Source: Paraspadella gotoi
Taxonomy: Eukaryota > Animalia > Chaetognatha
DNA: 64,000 nucleotides
Direction: 5' to 3'
Assembly: GCA_051294375.1 (NCBI GenBank)
Contig: CM119267.1
Location: forward strand, 19,504,709 to 19,568,708
Positions 28,554-43,246 of this stretch are shown one piece after another. The notes beneath the pieces were generated by a model. It saw only the letters and a list, made by a program, of their open reading frames with translations. It was not told the DNA's origin and did not search any database. The position numbers and the translations under genes are program-made. How positions within the stretch are numbered: the first letter of the stretch is position 1; the number at the start of each line of letters is the position of its first letter.

Positions 28554-28836
28554 TTTATGCATTGAATCGGCTGCCTTCCTCAACTACCGGTTTGCAGGAA
28601 GCAACTGTCGGTCGAAGGATCGCAAAAAGGTGGCGTCGTATGGCGCCGCAGTTTGTTGCAAAGCCGCAATGGCGCGGGCATGTCCGGCAGCCGGGAGAGG
28701 GCCGGCGCCGCTTCGTGGTGTGAGAACCGGTCCATCGGGGCAGCAGCGCGAGGGGGTACCGTCCGGCGCAAGTCGGCGCGGAAAACACGGAAAGTTGTCT
28801 TATTCTGTGGGCGCGTTGTGAGAGAGAATGAGCGCC
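28554..28836 (-). other. Exon-like GC-rich segment, product unknown
   Basis: Acceptor TCTCTTCCAG| and donor AAA|GTAAGG bound a GC-rich island, on the same strand as 29614-29934. Confidence 0.3.
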
Positions 28837-29613
28837 CTGGAAGAGATCAATTGTGTGAAGAACAAAGGTGATAGTGTTAGAAGAAGAAAATGAAGAATGT
28901 GAACTGCGGTGAAGAAAGTATCGCATCAGGGAAACACGATATTCATTTTTAAGATTCAAACAAAAATTAATTTATGTGAAAAACCCATACATTCTCTCGG
29001 TACGACTATCAGTATCTTCTACCAACAGAAATAGAAAAATGCTGGAACTAATCCGATTTTCAAGAAAAAGCATACCAAAATTCGAAAGGAAAAGATCTGC
29101 GCAAATCTTTCAACAAAGATGAATATATAACACGATGCAGGTCAAGTTCACAGGATTGATAATACAGTTATCACGGGTCGGATCTCGGACAACCAGCAAA
29201 TACTCAAATCACGGAACACGTCAATCAATCACGGATTGACTAAAATCAGGGGGATCACACGGTGACACACACAAGCTCATCCGACTTTAAACGAACCGAG
29301 AGTAAACCGCGACATGCACTTCGCAAAAGAAGCAAATGACAAACATATTGCTTGAGAGCATTCGTTCAGCCTACTTTGCGGACACGCAACCAATATCGAA
29401 TGCGACAGAAGGAAATAAGTCTGAGGGAGAATAAAGTTTGTTCAATGAAAGAAACTTAATTCGGAACAAAGATTGACGAAAAACGTTCGAAAAAGAATGA
29501 AGGACGAAAAACATGATTGCGAAAATGAAAAAGAGACGAGAGAGCGGCCCACGAATAATAAATCTCCTTGTTTCCTTATGGGTCGTCGGACCAGAAATTC
29601 GCGATTTTCTCAC

Positions 29614-29934
29614 CTCCCTAAACAGCCGAACGTCCCTGCGCGCCGGCAGCCTCTCGCGCTTCTTTTCTCGCTATCGCATGTGGCAGCTGCTTCTCGCGCG
29701 ATGAATCCCACTCCTCGCACCCGCCCGTCTTTCGCGTGCCTCGCGTCATCCACCTTCTCGTCTCTGCCCGCGTCCCGCCGAAGTTCTCGACTGCATGTCC
29801 GTACAGGTCTCTCGCGCACGGCGTCAGAGCATATGGCACGGACGACAGAGAGCAGCGCGCGACGTAGCAACAGCGGCGCTGCGGACGGCGCACTCGCAGC
29901 AGTTCGCCGGTAGAGCCGGTGACTTGCAGTCGCC
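29614..29934 (-). other. Exon-like GC-rich segment in noisy read sequence (possible zinc-finger/B-box and coiled-coil)
   Basis: Acceptor TTTCTTACTCCTCTCAG| and donor GAG|GTGAG. One frame reads ..NCCECAVRSAAVA..LCRPCH.., but it is frameshifted. Confidence 0.3.
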
Positions 29935-32900
29935 CTGAGAGGAGTAAGAAATAGTTTTTGCAGTGGTATGATAGACACGTTTTTGAGAGAAGGCGACGAA
30001 GGGGAGGGAAGCAAATGGAATCAAAGAGGAGACGAAATAAGGATTCGGAGTATATAGCAGAAAGGGGAGCATCTATTGAAAAATATTTTTGGCCCAGAGT
30101 TGCCGCCGTCAGAGAGAGAAGACGGAAGGACGGAAATCCAGCCAGATGGCGAAAATAAATCCACGATTGAGCGTACCCTCGTCGCTCGCGCATTAACAGT
30201 TCGATCACGGTTTAATCAGGAATCGCGATTCTGTTGCGAGTGGATCAGGTCTAATCAGTTAAAAGAGCCTGCGAATACAACACAAAGTATTGATCAAGTA
30301 AAAAGGTACGTGCGACGAGCGAGCGAGCGAGCTCGCTAGAGTACGTACGGATCGTCGGACTGGAAAACTGCTGTCAGATAACACGAGAGAGGGCGGATAT
30401 ATTCTGCACGACAGATCGAGAGTGAGGGAGAGGAGTGACGGGAGAGAGAGAGAGCGCGAGTGCATGTGGATATGTCATGAAGAAAGATGGAGGAGGATTA
30501 GGCCTGTAGACGCGAAGTGAGAGATGAGGCAAGAAGAGAGATATAAGATGAAGTGAGAAGAGATACTGAGATTTAAAGCTAAAGGAGAGAAGAGAAAGTA
30601 AGAGTGGTTGAGAAGCGTAGGAAGAAAGGAATTGAGGAAAGAAAATAAAAGAGAGAACGAGGAAAAGAAGAGAGGAGGAAGAGAAGAGAAAAGACAATGA
30701 GAGAGGGATTAGAGAGTAAAAGAGATAAGAGAGAAAGTGGAGGAGAAGGAGAAAGAATAGGAGGAAGAAGAAAGAAGAGATAAGAAACTAATGGGAGAGG
30801 TAGAGCGAGAATGCTAGATGATAAAGAAGAGCGAGGAAGGGAGAGGAGAGAGAGGAGAGAGGGAGAGAGAGGAAGAGAACACCGAGAAGAGGAAGATGAG
30901 ACCGGAGGACACTATTTCGCGGAAAGAAGAAAAAAAAAAAACTATCCTGAAGGAGAATAGGAGATTTGTGGGGGATAGAAGATGGATGGCAGAGAGGGAG
31001 ATATTAGAGAAGAGAGCGAGGAAAATTAAGAAGATGGAGAGAGTATATGAGGAGAGCAGGAAGAGATAGAATTGAGCACGACATCTAGAGAGAAAGTTGC
31101 GGAGGAGGGAAAGAGTAACGGCACGTGAGGTAAGAGGAGACGATGTTACGAGAGAGGAAGGGTTGCAGTAAAAAAAAAAGAGTGGCGCAGGAGAGAGTCA
31201 AGTAAAAAAGCCATAAGTGACGAAGGCGACTAGTAAATTAGAAACACTATGGAGGATTTATTTATTAATTTTATAAATATATCGGACGGGAAATTTCTTT
31301 AGCATATGAGAAATCTGGAGGAAAGCAAGTCCAAAACGAAGGAGGGAAAGATGAGAGATTGACACCACGAGTATTATTTTTTTTTTTTAATTAGTTATGA
31401 TTATTTATAAGAAGGAGAAAAAAACTATGAGAGAGTAAGGTATCGAGAATTCCGAGTAATAAAAGGGAGCTAGAAGAGACGGCAGAATGGGAAGAACGTA
31501 TGTAAGCGTATTATAAAGGGGGATAAGGTAAAAATTAAAAAGAAGTATTTAGGGAGAGAGATGTACGACGAGAGGGTAAAAGGATATGGAGTACAAGGTT
31601 TTATATTAGGAGAGGATAGAGACACCGCAGGTTGTACACTTTAAAAAGGACTTAATTTTGAAAGAAGAAGTGAACGTAGACAAGAGATGAGAATAGACTA
31701 TATGGGCTCTTTATCCTCTGTGTAATTATTATCGACAGAGAGAAAAAAAAAACTTCGATGTCGCGAACAGGTTATTCGAAGCGCGCTTCGTATCAGGTCG
31801 GCAAAGCAGTAAGACGTTGAGAGAGGGACATTACACTTGTTCATCGCATCAACTCAGAGAGCGCTATTCAAGGCTCAAATTTCCGGTGGGCGGAGAAGAA
31901 GCCGTCTGCTCATGGTACTACAAGGAAAATCGGTCAATATTTTCCAGGTAATCATGCCATCAAAGAGCGAATGTCAGAGAGGAAGTTTTGGACACAGTTT
32001 CAAACTGTCTCAAACTTTTACAGTCCCTTCTCAGCGCTCTCTAGGCGCCGTGCAACTTCGAACTTATACGAATACATGAAGAATATTGGTATGAGGATAA
32101 AATTTGATTCTGAAGACACGAGGTAGAGAAGATTTGCAACGGCTGCGAGCACACACACTCATTCTCGGAACTGATTATCCATCTATCATTCTACACTCAT
32201 GGAGCAATTCGAGAGTCGTCACTATCGAGCAAAACGTCACCAGTTGACCCCAGGAGTTCCTGTCGACAGCGTCGGCGCCGTCGCCGGAAGCCGAAGACGC
32301 CGCTGTCGCCAGCCTCCGTCGCCGATCCGAAGCCTCCACCTCCAATCGATAATATATCGTCTCGGTAGCTCGTTCGGATGGATAAAGGGAAAAAAAAAAC
32401 ACTATTACTTTTTTATTTCATTGGTAAATATTAATCGGGGCGGGAAGGGTAAGATAAAATAAAAATAAGTAAACAAGTTTATTATAATTTTAAAAATTAT
32501 AAAAAAGTAAGACTCTTCATGACGATCGCGAAATCAGTCTTAAACATATGCAAGTAATAGCGTAAAGTGAAAAGTAAAAGTGAGTAAGATAATAACGGTA
32601 ATTCAAATATGTTCTAGCCGCAATGGACTGCTTACTAACGCAGTGCAGTTATATATTTTCTCGTGACATAACATGACGTGACATAACAATGATAAGACGC
32701 GACGATGACATTACTAACAGACTACAATAACTTCTGGTTTATGACACCCACATAAATCGAATATCCGTTTTTATTCCTTATAGTTTTTTGGAATTCCTAA
32801 AGGGGGCCTAGCAGTCCCTTAGATTTGAAGTTTTTTTTCTTAACAAATGAGTAACTAACTATAGCATTTAGGCAAATTAGGCAAATTAGGTAATTATATG

Positions 32901-35900
32901 CATTTATCGTAAGTGGGACAGACAGACGAACGATATACCGATGGACCGACAGACCTACCGAAAAGAGATTAATAAGTTGCTCCACGATACTTGCGGCGCA
33001 ACTAAAAAGTTTGAAATTATGGTTCCGTGAAGCATTTTACAACAGACAACACACAACAGCGAGTGAGTGAGAACTCGAAGAGTGCAAAAAAAAAAGAGAA
33101 TTTTAAGGGAGAAAAAGAAGATAGATAAAGCTTGTGATAAATAACATCAGATATGAATCACTGTGTAGTGAAGGGCAAAGAGACATAAAAATATATGGAA
33201 ACTAAAAAGAGTATAAATAAAATAACTACTAGTCTATAAGATTTCGTTACGAGTCAGGGAAACGTAACAAAAATTAAACGAAATGAACCAAATGACAAAC
33301 GTTTTTAACACCAAACGAGCGAAGCACCAACACTAAAAAAAATTAGGAGAAACAAAAGACGCCAACGGGAACGGGAGCCAAAGTGAAGAGAAAATACTTT
33401 GATCTTAGGGAAAAAAATCCAAAAGCGATGGATAAAGGAAGTCGAGGAAAACCGAACTAAGATTCCAATGTGTGTTGAGCCGCAGGTGACCTTTTTTTAT
33501 CACGTGTACATTTCCTGGATGTTCGATACGCACTTCATTTGAAATTCGTCTTTTATTCTTCTCTCTTCTCTTTCGAAACAAAAGGGCGCTAGAGTCGCTT
33601 AGATTTAGGTTCCTTAACGCGATCGAAATTTAAGGTGATTGCGGACTCACAAGGATGAACATATGCACGTAGAGAGTTTTATGGTTCCCACCTTCATACG
33701 CGTATCGAACTATTTATAAAGTAGTAAGTAGTCAGTGGGACCAACAGACGGACAGCAATTGTATACCGACGATCGACTAAAAAAGAAGACTTATAGAGTT
33801 GCTCCGCGAGTACTCGCGGCCGCAAACTAAAAAACTCAAACAAGACAAACGAAGACAGCGAGAGAAAGAAATCAACTCAAGACGTAAGAAAAACCGCGAG
33901 AGACCCACAGATGGAGATCGTGGAATATATACTCGTTATTTAAAAAAAAAAAGAAGCAAAATAGCACAGGAGGTGAAAAAAAGGCATTGGACATAAAAAT
34001 AAATGAACAAAGGGGCGATTTGTGTTCAACAATACAATTGAATACAATGGAATACATTGGAACAGTATAACGACGAAATGAACTCTTAACAAAAGAGAAA
34101 AGAGATAACTGGGAAGTAAGACATTAAAACTGTCGAGGCCAAAAGTGCAGCAGACGAAAAAGGGAGTTCAATAAAAGAAAACGTAAGAAAAAAAAGTAAA
34201 CACAACCGAAATTCATAGTAAAATCAAACGTATATTGCAGTTGGAGAGGGCAAAGGGCTCAGCATACCACAACAGAGATAGTCAGTAGACTCAAACCTGA
34301 AACAAATGTAAGTCCCAGGAAAAGTCAAGCATCTCGATCTTCAACAACAAAAACAACAACAACAACAAGCAACAAAAAAAAAAACCCGACGACTCCGAAA
34401 TGAAAACGCACGCTGGCAGAAAAAATGTCGGATCGAAAAAAAAAACAGTAAACAGTGTCTGGACGAATAATAAAAAAAAAACAAAAAAAAAACAACCCCA
34501 AAAAAACATAAAACACGACGCGGCGCAAAAAAAAAAAAAAAGAGAGAGGAAAAAGAATGAAAGACGAAAATAGGACCAGAAGAACGACGGGGATAAAAAT
34601 CGCCCTCCGCGAGAAACGTTTTCAGGACCCAGTTCGGGCGATTGACATGGGGTTGGGGGCGGGGAGGGTAGGATACGGTGACGATGTGGAAAGGGGGGGG
34701 GGGGCGGAGAAGTGGAGGCGAGGCAGGGACCGTGCGGGTGGACGGCGAGGTGGCGAATTTTGGGTTGGAGATGGGGCGCATCGATCGGGGATGGTTGCCC
34801 GTTTCGAATGCTGGGCGAAGATGGGGGAATTTTATTTTTTGGTAAATGTTATAAATACGAAATTTTTGTATTTTTATACCACTCGAATTTTCCAAAGGAG
34901 ATTCAGTAATTTCAAAACAACTTTTTTTTCGTGGTTAAACTGCTTCGTACTTATTGTCGAATAAACACGAAGGAAATTGTAACGGCTTTCCTCATGTCGT
35001 TGTAAAATTAATTTTACCAATCTTGAATTATACTTTTCATTTCCAATCTTTAGAAGTTCAATGGACATTGACAAATAGGCCGGAACAGTTGAAAACTAGA
35101 AGTTCTCTCAAATTAATAATGATAAAGAACTGTTAGAGTATATGAAAAATAAAATAATTAAAATTATCTATTAAAGCGCACGGAGCATAAAGATTATTTT
35201 ATTATAAATATTATTTTTTTGAATTTTCCATTTTTTTTAATGATTCATAGAGCTTAAAAGTATAATAAAGTTATTTACAAATTTTAAAATTTTTTGTTAA
35301 ATGATAAAAATTCTAACATAAAATCATCAATGATGATTGATGATGATGATTTTTTAACGTTTTTTTTCTTTTAATCAATTTCTTGTCAAATTTAAAAAAT
35401 TGAAGTACTAACTTTTATTTAACTTTTCAGCTTTATAGGAATCCGTCTTAAAAACTAATTTTAAAAAAATAATTTTTGTCATTGTTATATATAATAAATA
35501 TTAAAGCTCAGTGCAACAACCCATGAACTAATTCAAAAAGTTGCATTGAAAATCGATTGAGTAATAGAAGGAAAAAAGGAATTTTTTGGAGAGAATTAAA
35601 AGTTATAAAAAAGTGTTCAATTTTGCCCGCCTTATTGGACAAGATGAGAGAACTTCTAGTTTTCAACCTGTTCCGGCCTATTGTCCAATGTCCATTGAAC
35701 CTTGGCCTAAAGATTGTGAAATCGAAAAGTATAATTCAAGATTGGTAAAATTAATTTTACAACGACATGGAAAGCCGTTACAAATTCCTTCGTGTTTATT
35801 CGACAATAAGTACGAAGCAGTTTAACCCACGAAAAAAAAAGTTGTTTGAAAATTACTGAATCTCCTTTGGGAAAATTCGGGTGGTAAAAAATACAAAATT

Positions 35901-38900
35901 TCGTATTTATAAACAATTTACCAAAAAAATTCCCCACAAAAAAAAACAACCCCAAAAAAAACAGTAAAAACATCCTGACGCGGCGCAAAAAAAAAAAAAA
36001 AGAGAGAGAGAAAAAAATGATAAGGACGAAATAGGGACAGAAGAACGACGGGGATAAAAATCGCCTCCGCGAGAAACGTTTCAAGGACCCAGTTCGGGCG
36101 ATTGACATGGGGTGGGGGCGGGAGGGTCAAGAACGTGACGATGTGGAAAGGGTGGGGGGGGGCGGAAAGTGGAGGCGAGGCAGGACCGTACGGGTGGACG
36201 GCGAGGTGGCGAAATTTTGGGTTGGAGAGTGGGCCATCGATCGGGGATGGTTGCCCGTTTTCGAATGCTGGGCGAAGAGGGGGAATTTTTTTTTTTGGTA
36301 AATGTTATAAATACGAAATTTTTGTATTTTTATACCACTCGAATTTTTCCAAAGGAGATTCAAGTAATTTCAAAAACAACTTTTTTTTTTCGTGGTTAAA
36401 CTGCTTCGTACTTATTGGTCGAATAAACACGAGGAATTTGTAACGGCTTTCCTGTCGTGTAAATTATTACCAATCTTGAATTATACTTTTCGATTTCATC
36501 AATCTTTGCATTCAATGACATTGGACATAATAGGCCGGAACAGTTTGAATAACTAGAAGTTCCTCTCAAATAATAATGATAAAGAACGTTAGAGTATATG
36601 AAATAATAATTAATATTATTTATAAAGCGCACGGAAGCATTTAAAAGATTATTTATTAATATAAATTATTTTTTGAATTTTTCATTTTTTTAATGGATTC
36701 ATAGAGCTTTAAAAGTTAATAGTTATTAATGATTTTTAAATTTTGTAGCAATAAAATTTTTGTAAATATAAAAACTTCATAAAATCATCAATGATATGAT
36801 TATGATGATGATTTTTAAGTTTTTTCTTTTTAATCAATTTCTGTCAAAATTTAAAAAATTGAGTACTAACTTTCATTTAACTTTTCAGCTTATGAATCCG
36901 TTCTTAGAAAACTAATTTTTAAAAAAATAATTTTTGTTCATTGTTATATATTAATAAATATTTAAAAAGTCAGTGCAACAACCCCAATGAACTAATTCAA
37001 AAAGTTGCATTGAAATCGATTGAGTAAAGAGAGAAAAAAGGATTTTTTTGGAGAGAATTAAAAGTTATAAAAAAGGTTCAATTTTGGCCCGCCTATTGGA
37101 CAAGGTCTTCTTCAACGATCATTTTATCTATTGAACCGGGAATTCTATGAACGCCTTCGTTCACGAACTCATATTGAGACTCACGAACTCCTGGGAGTAA
37201 TTCACGAACTTAGGACTGAGTTTCACAAATTGGGGAGTGAGATCACAAACCCAGACGTGAGTTTCAGGGAAGGGTCCGACGCTTTTAATGACTCCGACCA
37301 ACAAGACTTTTTTTCCTCCGAAGGGAAAGAAGTAATCTGGGGTCACAACCGAGAATCTGCGTTCCTTCTCGTAGGTTGTGTTGGGGAAACTCAACTCGGT
37401 ATGTTTGTTGACGTCTTCGTGTCGTCGTCGTCGTCGTCGTCGTGTCGTTGTTTTTTCATAGCGAATGTCATGTGTGTGTGGTTCGAGCGAAACTAAAAAT
37501 CGAACCACGAATGAATAAAAATAATTCCGTTCTTTTAATTATTCCTCACTGGAAACCACACGCGTTTACTCAGATATAGTTAAATAAAAACACACTCTTG
37601 GATGAAATAAATATAACAATACAAAAAAAAAAACCCATATAAATTATTAATACGATAGCTACTTTCTTTATCTTTGTTTTTTGTACCATTTCTAAATTGA
37701 AAAAAGAAAGACGGTGACCGTAAAGATGACATGAATGAGTATTTATTGTAGCGACTTTTTAAACCCCGTTACGTACAACCAAAAAAGCCAACTTGTTCGA
37801 AACGGAAAGGGATTTAAAAACTGTCTCGATCTAAAGAAACCTGTCGAGCGAAAAAAGCGGCCACAAAACCCGCGCCAGCTACGAAGGGCGTCCGAGCGCG
37901 AATTGGAAAGGGGTCGCGCGATCAACGATCTTTGCGCTCATTCATTCTGAGTTTTCGAGTGTGGGGGGGAAATCTATTCATTATGCGGTTTATCATACCA
38001 GTAATTGATCATTTTGATTTAGATTTAATCATTTGGCTTGATTATTTTTTGGTTTTCGTTGTGTACTAAGGATTTGGATATATACTTGTGTAATTTTGAA
38101 CTGTTTGTTATTTTAGTTTGTACTTTGAGCTGTTAGTTGTTTATTTCAGTTTCAGCTTGCATCGCTTGATTCATTGTTTGTCCGGCGGTCGCTTCATTTG
38201 TCTTCTTCTTTGGGATGGTCACGGTATAGGGCGTGTATAAAACCTTTACCGCGCAATTTTTTTGATCCATGATCAGAAAGGTAGGTAAGAAAAAGGAGTT
38301 CTAAGAAAGGTAAGGTCTAAGTAGGAAAGGAGAAAGTTTTAAGCGCTTAAGGTTAGTAATGGCCTAAGGGGCAAGGCTAAGCTTAAGGCTAAGGCTTAAG
38401 GCTTAAGGCTTAAAGGCTTAAGCGGTAAAACGGATTTAGATAAAAGAAAAACTCGTCTGTGGAAAATATCAATAGTGGTCGGCGTATCATTCGAGGAAAA
38501 TCGATGTTTTAAAGTAAGTCCATATCATAAACGATCCCTAAAAGGAACGATTGCGTGTTAGTAAAACCAGATATTCTTAGCTAATAAAGCATAAGAAGAA
38601 GTATTCATATAATAGAAAACAAATAGACTTCCCTGACAAAAGAAAAGAAAAAAAAACATGGACTCCTGTCCAATTTCGACCTCGAATATACATGTCTCGG
38701 CGACCGGGTATAGTGAGGAAACCTGGGATTGTCGACAGGTGCTCGTTGTCCTGTCGGTTAACGCCGATCTTAAAAGGTTTGGATCTATTATCTCGGCTTC
38801 TGGCAAATCGCCAGGTATTATTAGACATTTCATGAGGATATCCTGAGCATCCGACGTCTGATTTTGTACCGTCATGATTTTGTCCGTACTTCGGTGTTTT

Positions 38901-41900
38901 CGTCGATCGATCTTCGGTGACTCGTCGCTTGTCTGAAAGTTTTATCGCCTTATTCGTTGCGTCTTATAGCGTGTCGCCTACTGTTATAGTCTAGCAGTAC
39001 TCGGATCGAATTGCTCATTGCCGTTAAGTATTTTTACGGTCATTGTTTCAGTTTCGATGCGTTCTTGCGCATCCTTGAGCTCGTCTTTTGTATCCGTCGA
39101 TTTTTTTTCCGGCCAGGTCGTTTAGTAGCGTCATTGGTCTTCCTCCGTACGAACTAGCTGTCAGAATCATGTTTTCTTTCATGGCATTTTCGCGTCTCTT
39201 ATTCCCGACTTTATACTAATGCGGACATCAAATTTGTCATCGGGGTTCTGTGGTGATTTAATCGTCTTGGCATCATGAGTCAGAAACTCGCTCTTTTTAT
39301 AACTTTTTTTATCGCTCTTTTCGCTCTTTAGTCTCCTCCTTAACTAGCGCAGAGTCAATTTTGTCATCTTCTTGGATTCTTTGTCCGCCGTCTTTTTCGG
39401 GACATATTTTAATTAGAACTCATCGGAAGTATCGCCGGTGAACTCTTTGTCATCAAAACTGTTTTTTTTATCGATCTTTGCGTACCGTCTTGCTTCCTCC
39501 TTTAGACTAAAGCGCAGACGTTCAATTTTGTCGTCTTCGTTGTCGGGGCGGTCGTTTTTCTTCTCCTTCGTCCGTCGGTCATCGTTCGCAGAAGCGAATA
39601 AAAGGCAGAATAATTCGGGGTCTAATGAAGACCTCCGACAAGAATACGAGAAAAGGGCACGGTACCGCGCGGCGGTGAGGAGATGAAAAAAATAAGGCGG
39701 AAGGTTGGGAAGAGGAGAAAGAGGGAAAATGGGAGGAAGAAGAAAGAAAAAGGAGGAAGGAAATGAGAAAGGAAGAATAAAAGAAACAGAAAAGGAACAG
39801 AGCAATGGGGTAACCGGAGGAAAGATAAAGTGATAAAAAGAAAAGGAAAAGCGGACAAAGGAAACAGCGAAATAACAGAAAACCGAAAAGAACAGCCAAA
39901 GGAAAGACGAACTGGAAAATAAGAAAATGGACAAAAAAAACGACAGGAAGCAAGAACAAAAAGAAAATAGAATAAAGATCAAGAGTAAAAAAAAACCAAG
40001 AACATGGGGCAAAAATAGGAGGAAAAAACTAAGTGACGAACGAATCAGTTAAAATGGGTTAGAAAATAAGCAGAGATAGGACAGCGAAAGAGTCAAAAAA
40101 AAGAAAAAAAAAAAAGAAAGGAAAGTGAGAAGAGGAAACGGCCTCCCTATATGTCGTCATTATATGTTGTTCCTGAAACGAGCGGCGCATATTAAAAAAA
40201 AAAAAGAACAAAGGCAGTTATAATCGAGGCGTAAAAAAGAGAAATTTTTTCTCGAAAAAAAAAAGTAAAATAAATCACAATTTTCTCTTGGCGTGTGATT
40301 TCTATCGTGCTTTTTTTGTTGTGAACGATGATAGACGATTTTTCCGATATACTTATTTTTTTTTTTAAATTTTCGAAGAAAGATGGGAAGGCATTGACGA
40401 GGGGAATATATATTGGATCAGTGGGTTTCGATGGAGGGGAAAAGATAGAGAATTGAAGAGAAAAGAAAAATTAAAGGACTACAATGAAAAATGAAGACCA
40501 AAAATAATAAAAATTTCTTGTTAAATTACTTAAATATAAAATACATCATTGGGAGAAATCAAAATTTAAATATTAAGAATTTGGCGAATCAGCGGCTAGC
40601 GTCGCCACAATATTAGAATCTTAGAGAGGGAATATATAAAAAAAGTATTTACTACCGTTAGTTTGCATCCTGTCTTCTTTTTTGTTTCACATCTTCTCTC
40701 AATGTCAAAATACTAAATCCCTTTTCACGCGCAGCTTCTTTGTGTTAAGATCGTTGATTCAGCCATTTTCTTTCAATACTGTCCTTTGGCAATGATGTTT
40801 TTCATCTTTTTTTCCATTTTTTTCCCAGCTTACTTTCGTGTTTTGTTCGTTTTCTTTTTTTTCTCTTCGTCTCCATGCGGTCGATGCACACTTTCTTTCG
40901 CAGCGACAACAGATTCGCGGAAAGCAAGATTCCGGTGTCAGGCACGATTCCGCCCGGAACCGATCCGACGCTGCCCAGTCACCGCCGCCGCGCACTACCG
41001 CGGTCGCCGCCAGTCCACACGCGCCTCCTGCCGCCGCTCGGCGCTGCCCACCGTCCCAGCCGCACGCACCGGACCGCACGCCGCCGCGCCGCCTCCGCAA
41101 CTCACCCTCACGAACAGACAACATGCCGTACCGGATAAGGTAAATTCGCCATGTACATAGACTCTTAACACACCTCAAACTTCTCGTCCCGCCATGTCGT
41201 CTGTCTCGTCGGATCCGTCTCGTCGTCGTCCGTGTTCGTCGCGTCACGCTGTTTAATATGATGCTGAATTACCCGTTATGCGTCGCCCTTCCGTAGGGGG
41301 ACGCAACCTGATCGAAGTCGAGCGAAAATTAAAAAAAAAATTTAGCGGAAATTAAACTTTTTTTCTGTCCAGTGAAATTAAAATGACGAAATAAAAAGAC
41401 GAGGAGAGAAAGAAAAAATATAAGAAGGAAATCGTTTTCAAAAAGAAGAATATGTTAATATTTTGTGAGATTATTCGTCAAATTTGTATGGGTCATCATC
41501 TGTATCGATAGGATGGAAGCGATAGGGACCAGCGCGATAGCAGTCAAACTTTAATTGATTCATCATATAATATTTCTATATATTTAGTATTTATCATTTG
41601 ATTAGAAGAAAGATGAACTCGCTTAAAAATAAAAAGATAAAGCAATATTGTACTCCTTTACAGATAAAGCGTTTTAAACGAATACTTCATTTGTTTTTCG
41701 AATCAAACTTAAGGTGTGCAGCCTCAGTGATTTCGTCTTTTCACATTCGTCGCTTGAAAAGGACCGACTCCATTTTTGACGAAGGCAAATCCTTTTTTTG
41801 ACGGAGGAAATCATTTGGCCGAATCCAGTTGTCGTGAGATCGTGCTGCCCCATCTTTGCCTTCCCCGACCATTTTTTTTTTTGAGCCGGGGTCTTCAGCG

Positions 41901-43040
41901 CCGCGGAATTTGACACGATGGACAAAAATGACAAAGTGGACAAAGTGACACCGTGTACACGTGGACAACATTCTTCAAGTCGTATCCTTCTTTCCCTCCC
42001 TTTTTCCTCTCTCTCCACTCTCTCTCTTCGCTCTGGAACGAAAAAATTATTTTGGGCGAAGCGTTCTGGGATTATTTTTTTCTCTTTGTTAGTTCTGGTT
42101 AAATATGCAACCAAAATATCTGCATGTGACACGTGCAAAGTTCACTTTGGTCGTTTAGTTATCCTCTAAAAGTTCGTTTTTGGATAGTATTTTTTCCTTC
42201 TTCTTTACTTTCTTCTTTTCATTTCCTTTCTCTGCTGCCTTCCTCTCTCTCTTCTCTCCTCATCTCTCTCTGCTCTCTCTCTCTCTCCTCTCCTCTAACT
42301 CTCCTCTCTCTCTCTCTACTCTCTCTCTCTCTCTTCCCCGTATTTCATCCTCTCTTCTCTCCCTGTCTCTTCTCTCTCTCTCTCTTCTATTCTCTCTCTC
42401 ACTCCCCGTTATTCTCCCTTTCATTTCTCTCCCGTTAACCCCCTTCTTTTCCTCGTCAACCTCTTTTCCCTCCCTCCCTCCCATTACTCTTCCCCCCACC
42501 GCTCCCTCCACTCCACCGCAAAGAAAAATTTCTTTTTCTTTTCCCATATTTTTGAAACCTTGGCCATATTGGTTCCCAAACCGGATTCGCCCCAACAGCG
42601 TTTTCCGCTTCGACGCTCCTACCTCCCAATCTTGGAATAAAAAAAATAAGGAAAAAAATAAGGAAAAATAAGAAAAGAAAAAATAAATCCAAGAATATAA
42701 AAACTTTTCGCGGAACCAATTTTTTTTTTGTTTTTGTGCCTTAAAAGAATTTGCGGAAATTGTCATTCTTGCGCGGTGGAGGTGAAAGCTTTAGAAAAAA
42801 AAAGTTTGAAATGAAGTTATATTTAAAAAAAAAAAAAAAAAAGAAAGTAAAACCGCGGGGCGAAACAGAAAACATTTTCATGTCGACATAAAAAAGTAGT
42901 GTACATCGAGAAAAGGAAGAGGCGTTGATCTTTAAAAATTTGTTACTTTAATTTCGTGTAATTGGGAACGTAAAACCTGATGGCGATGGGATCAAGATCC
43001 TCCAGGAGAATGAGAGAGAGAGATGAGAGAGAGACGAGAG

Positions 43041-43082
<42 letters not shown>

Positions 43083-43246
43083 AGAGAGAGAGAGAGAGAG
43101 AAGAGAGAAAGAAACGGTTGCCGTGACGACGAGATAAAGAAAGAGAAAAATAGAGGTGAGACTGGATCGGAAAATAAAAAAAAAGGTTGAAGGGTTGAGG
43201 AGGAGCATAGGAAGAGGAGGAGGAGAAGAAAGAGACTGACGGGAGG

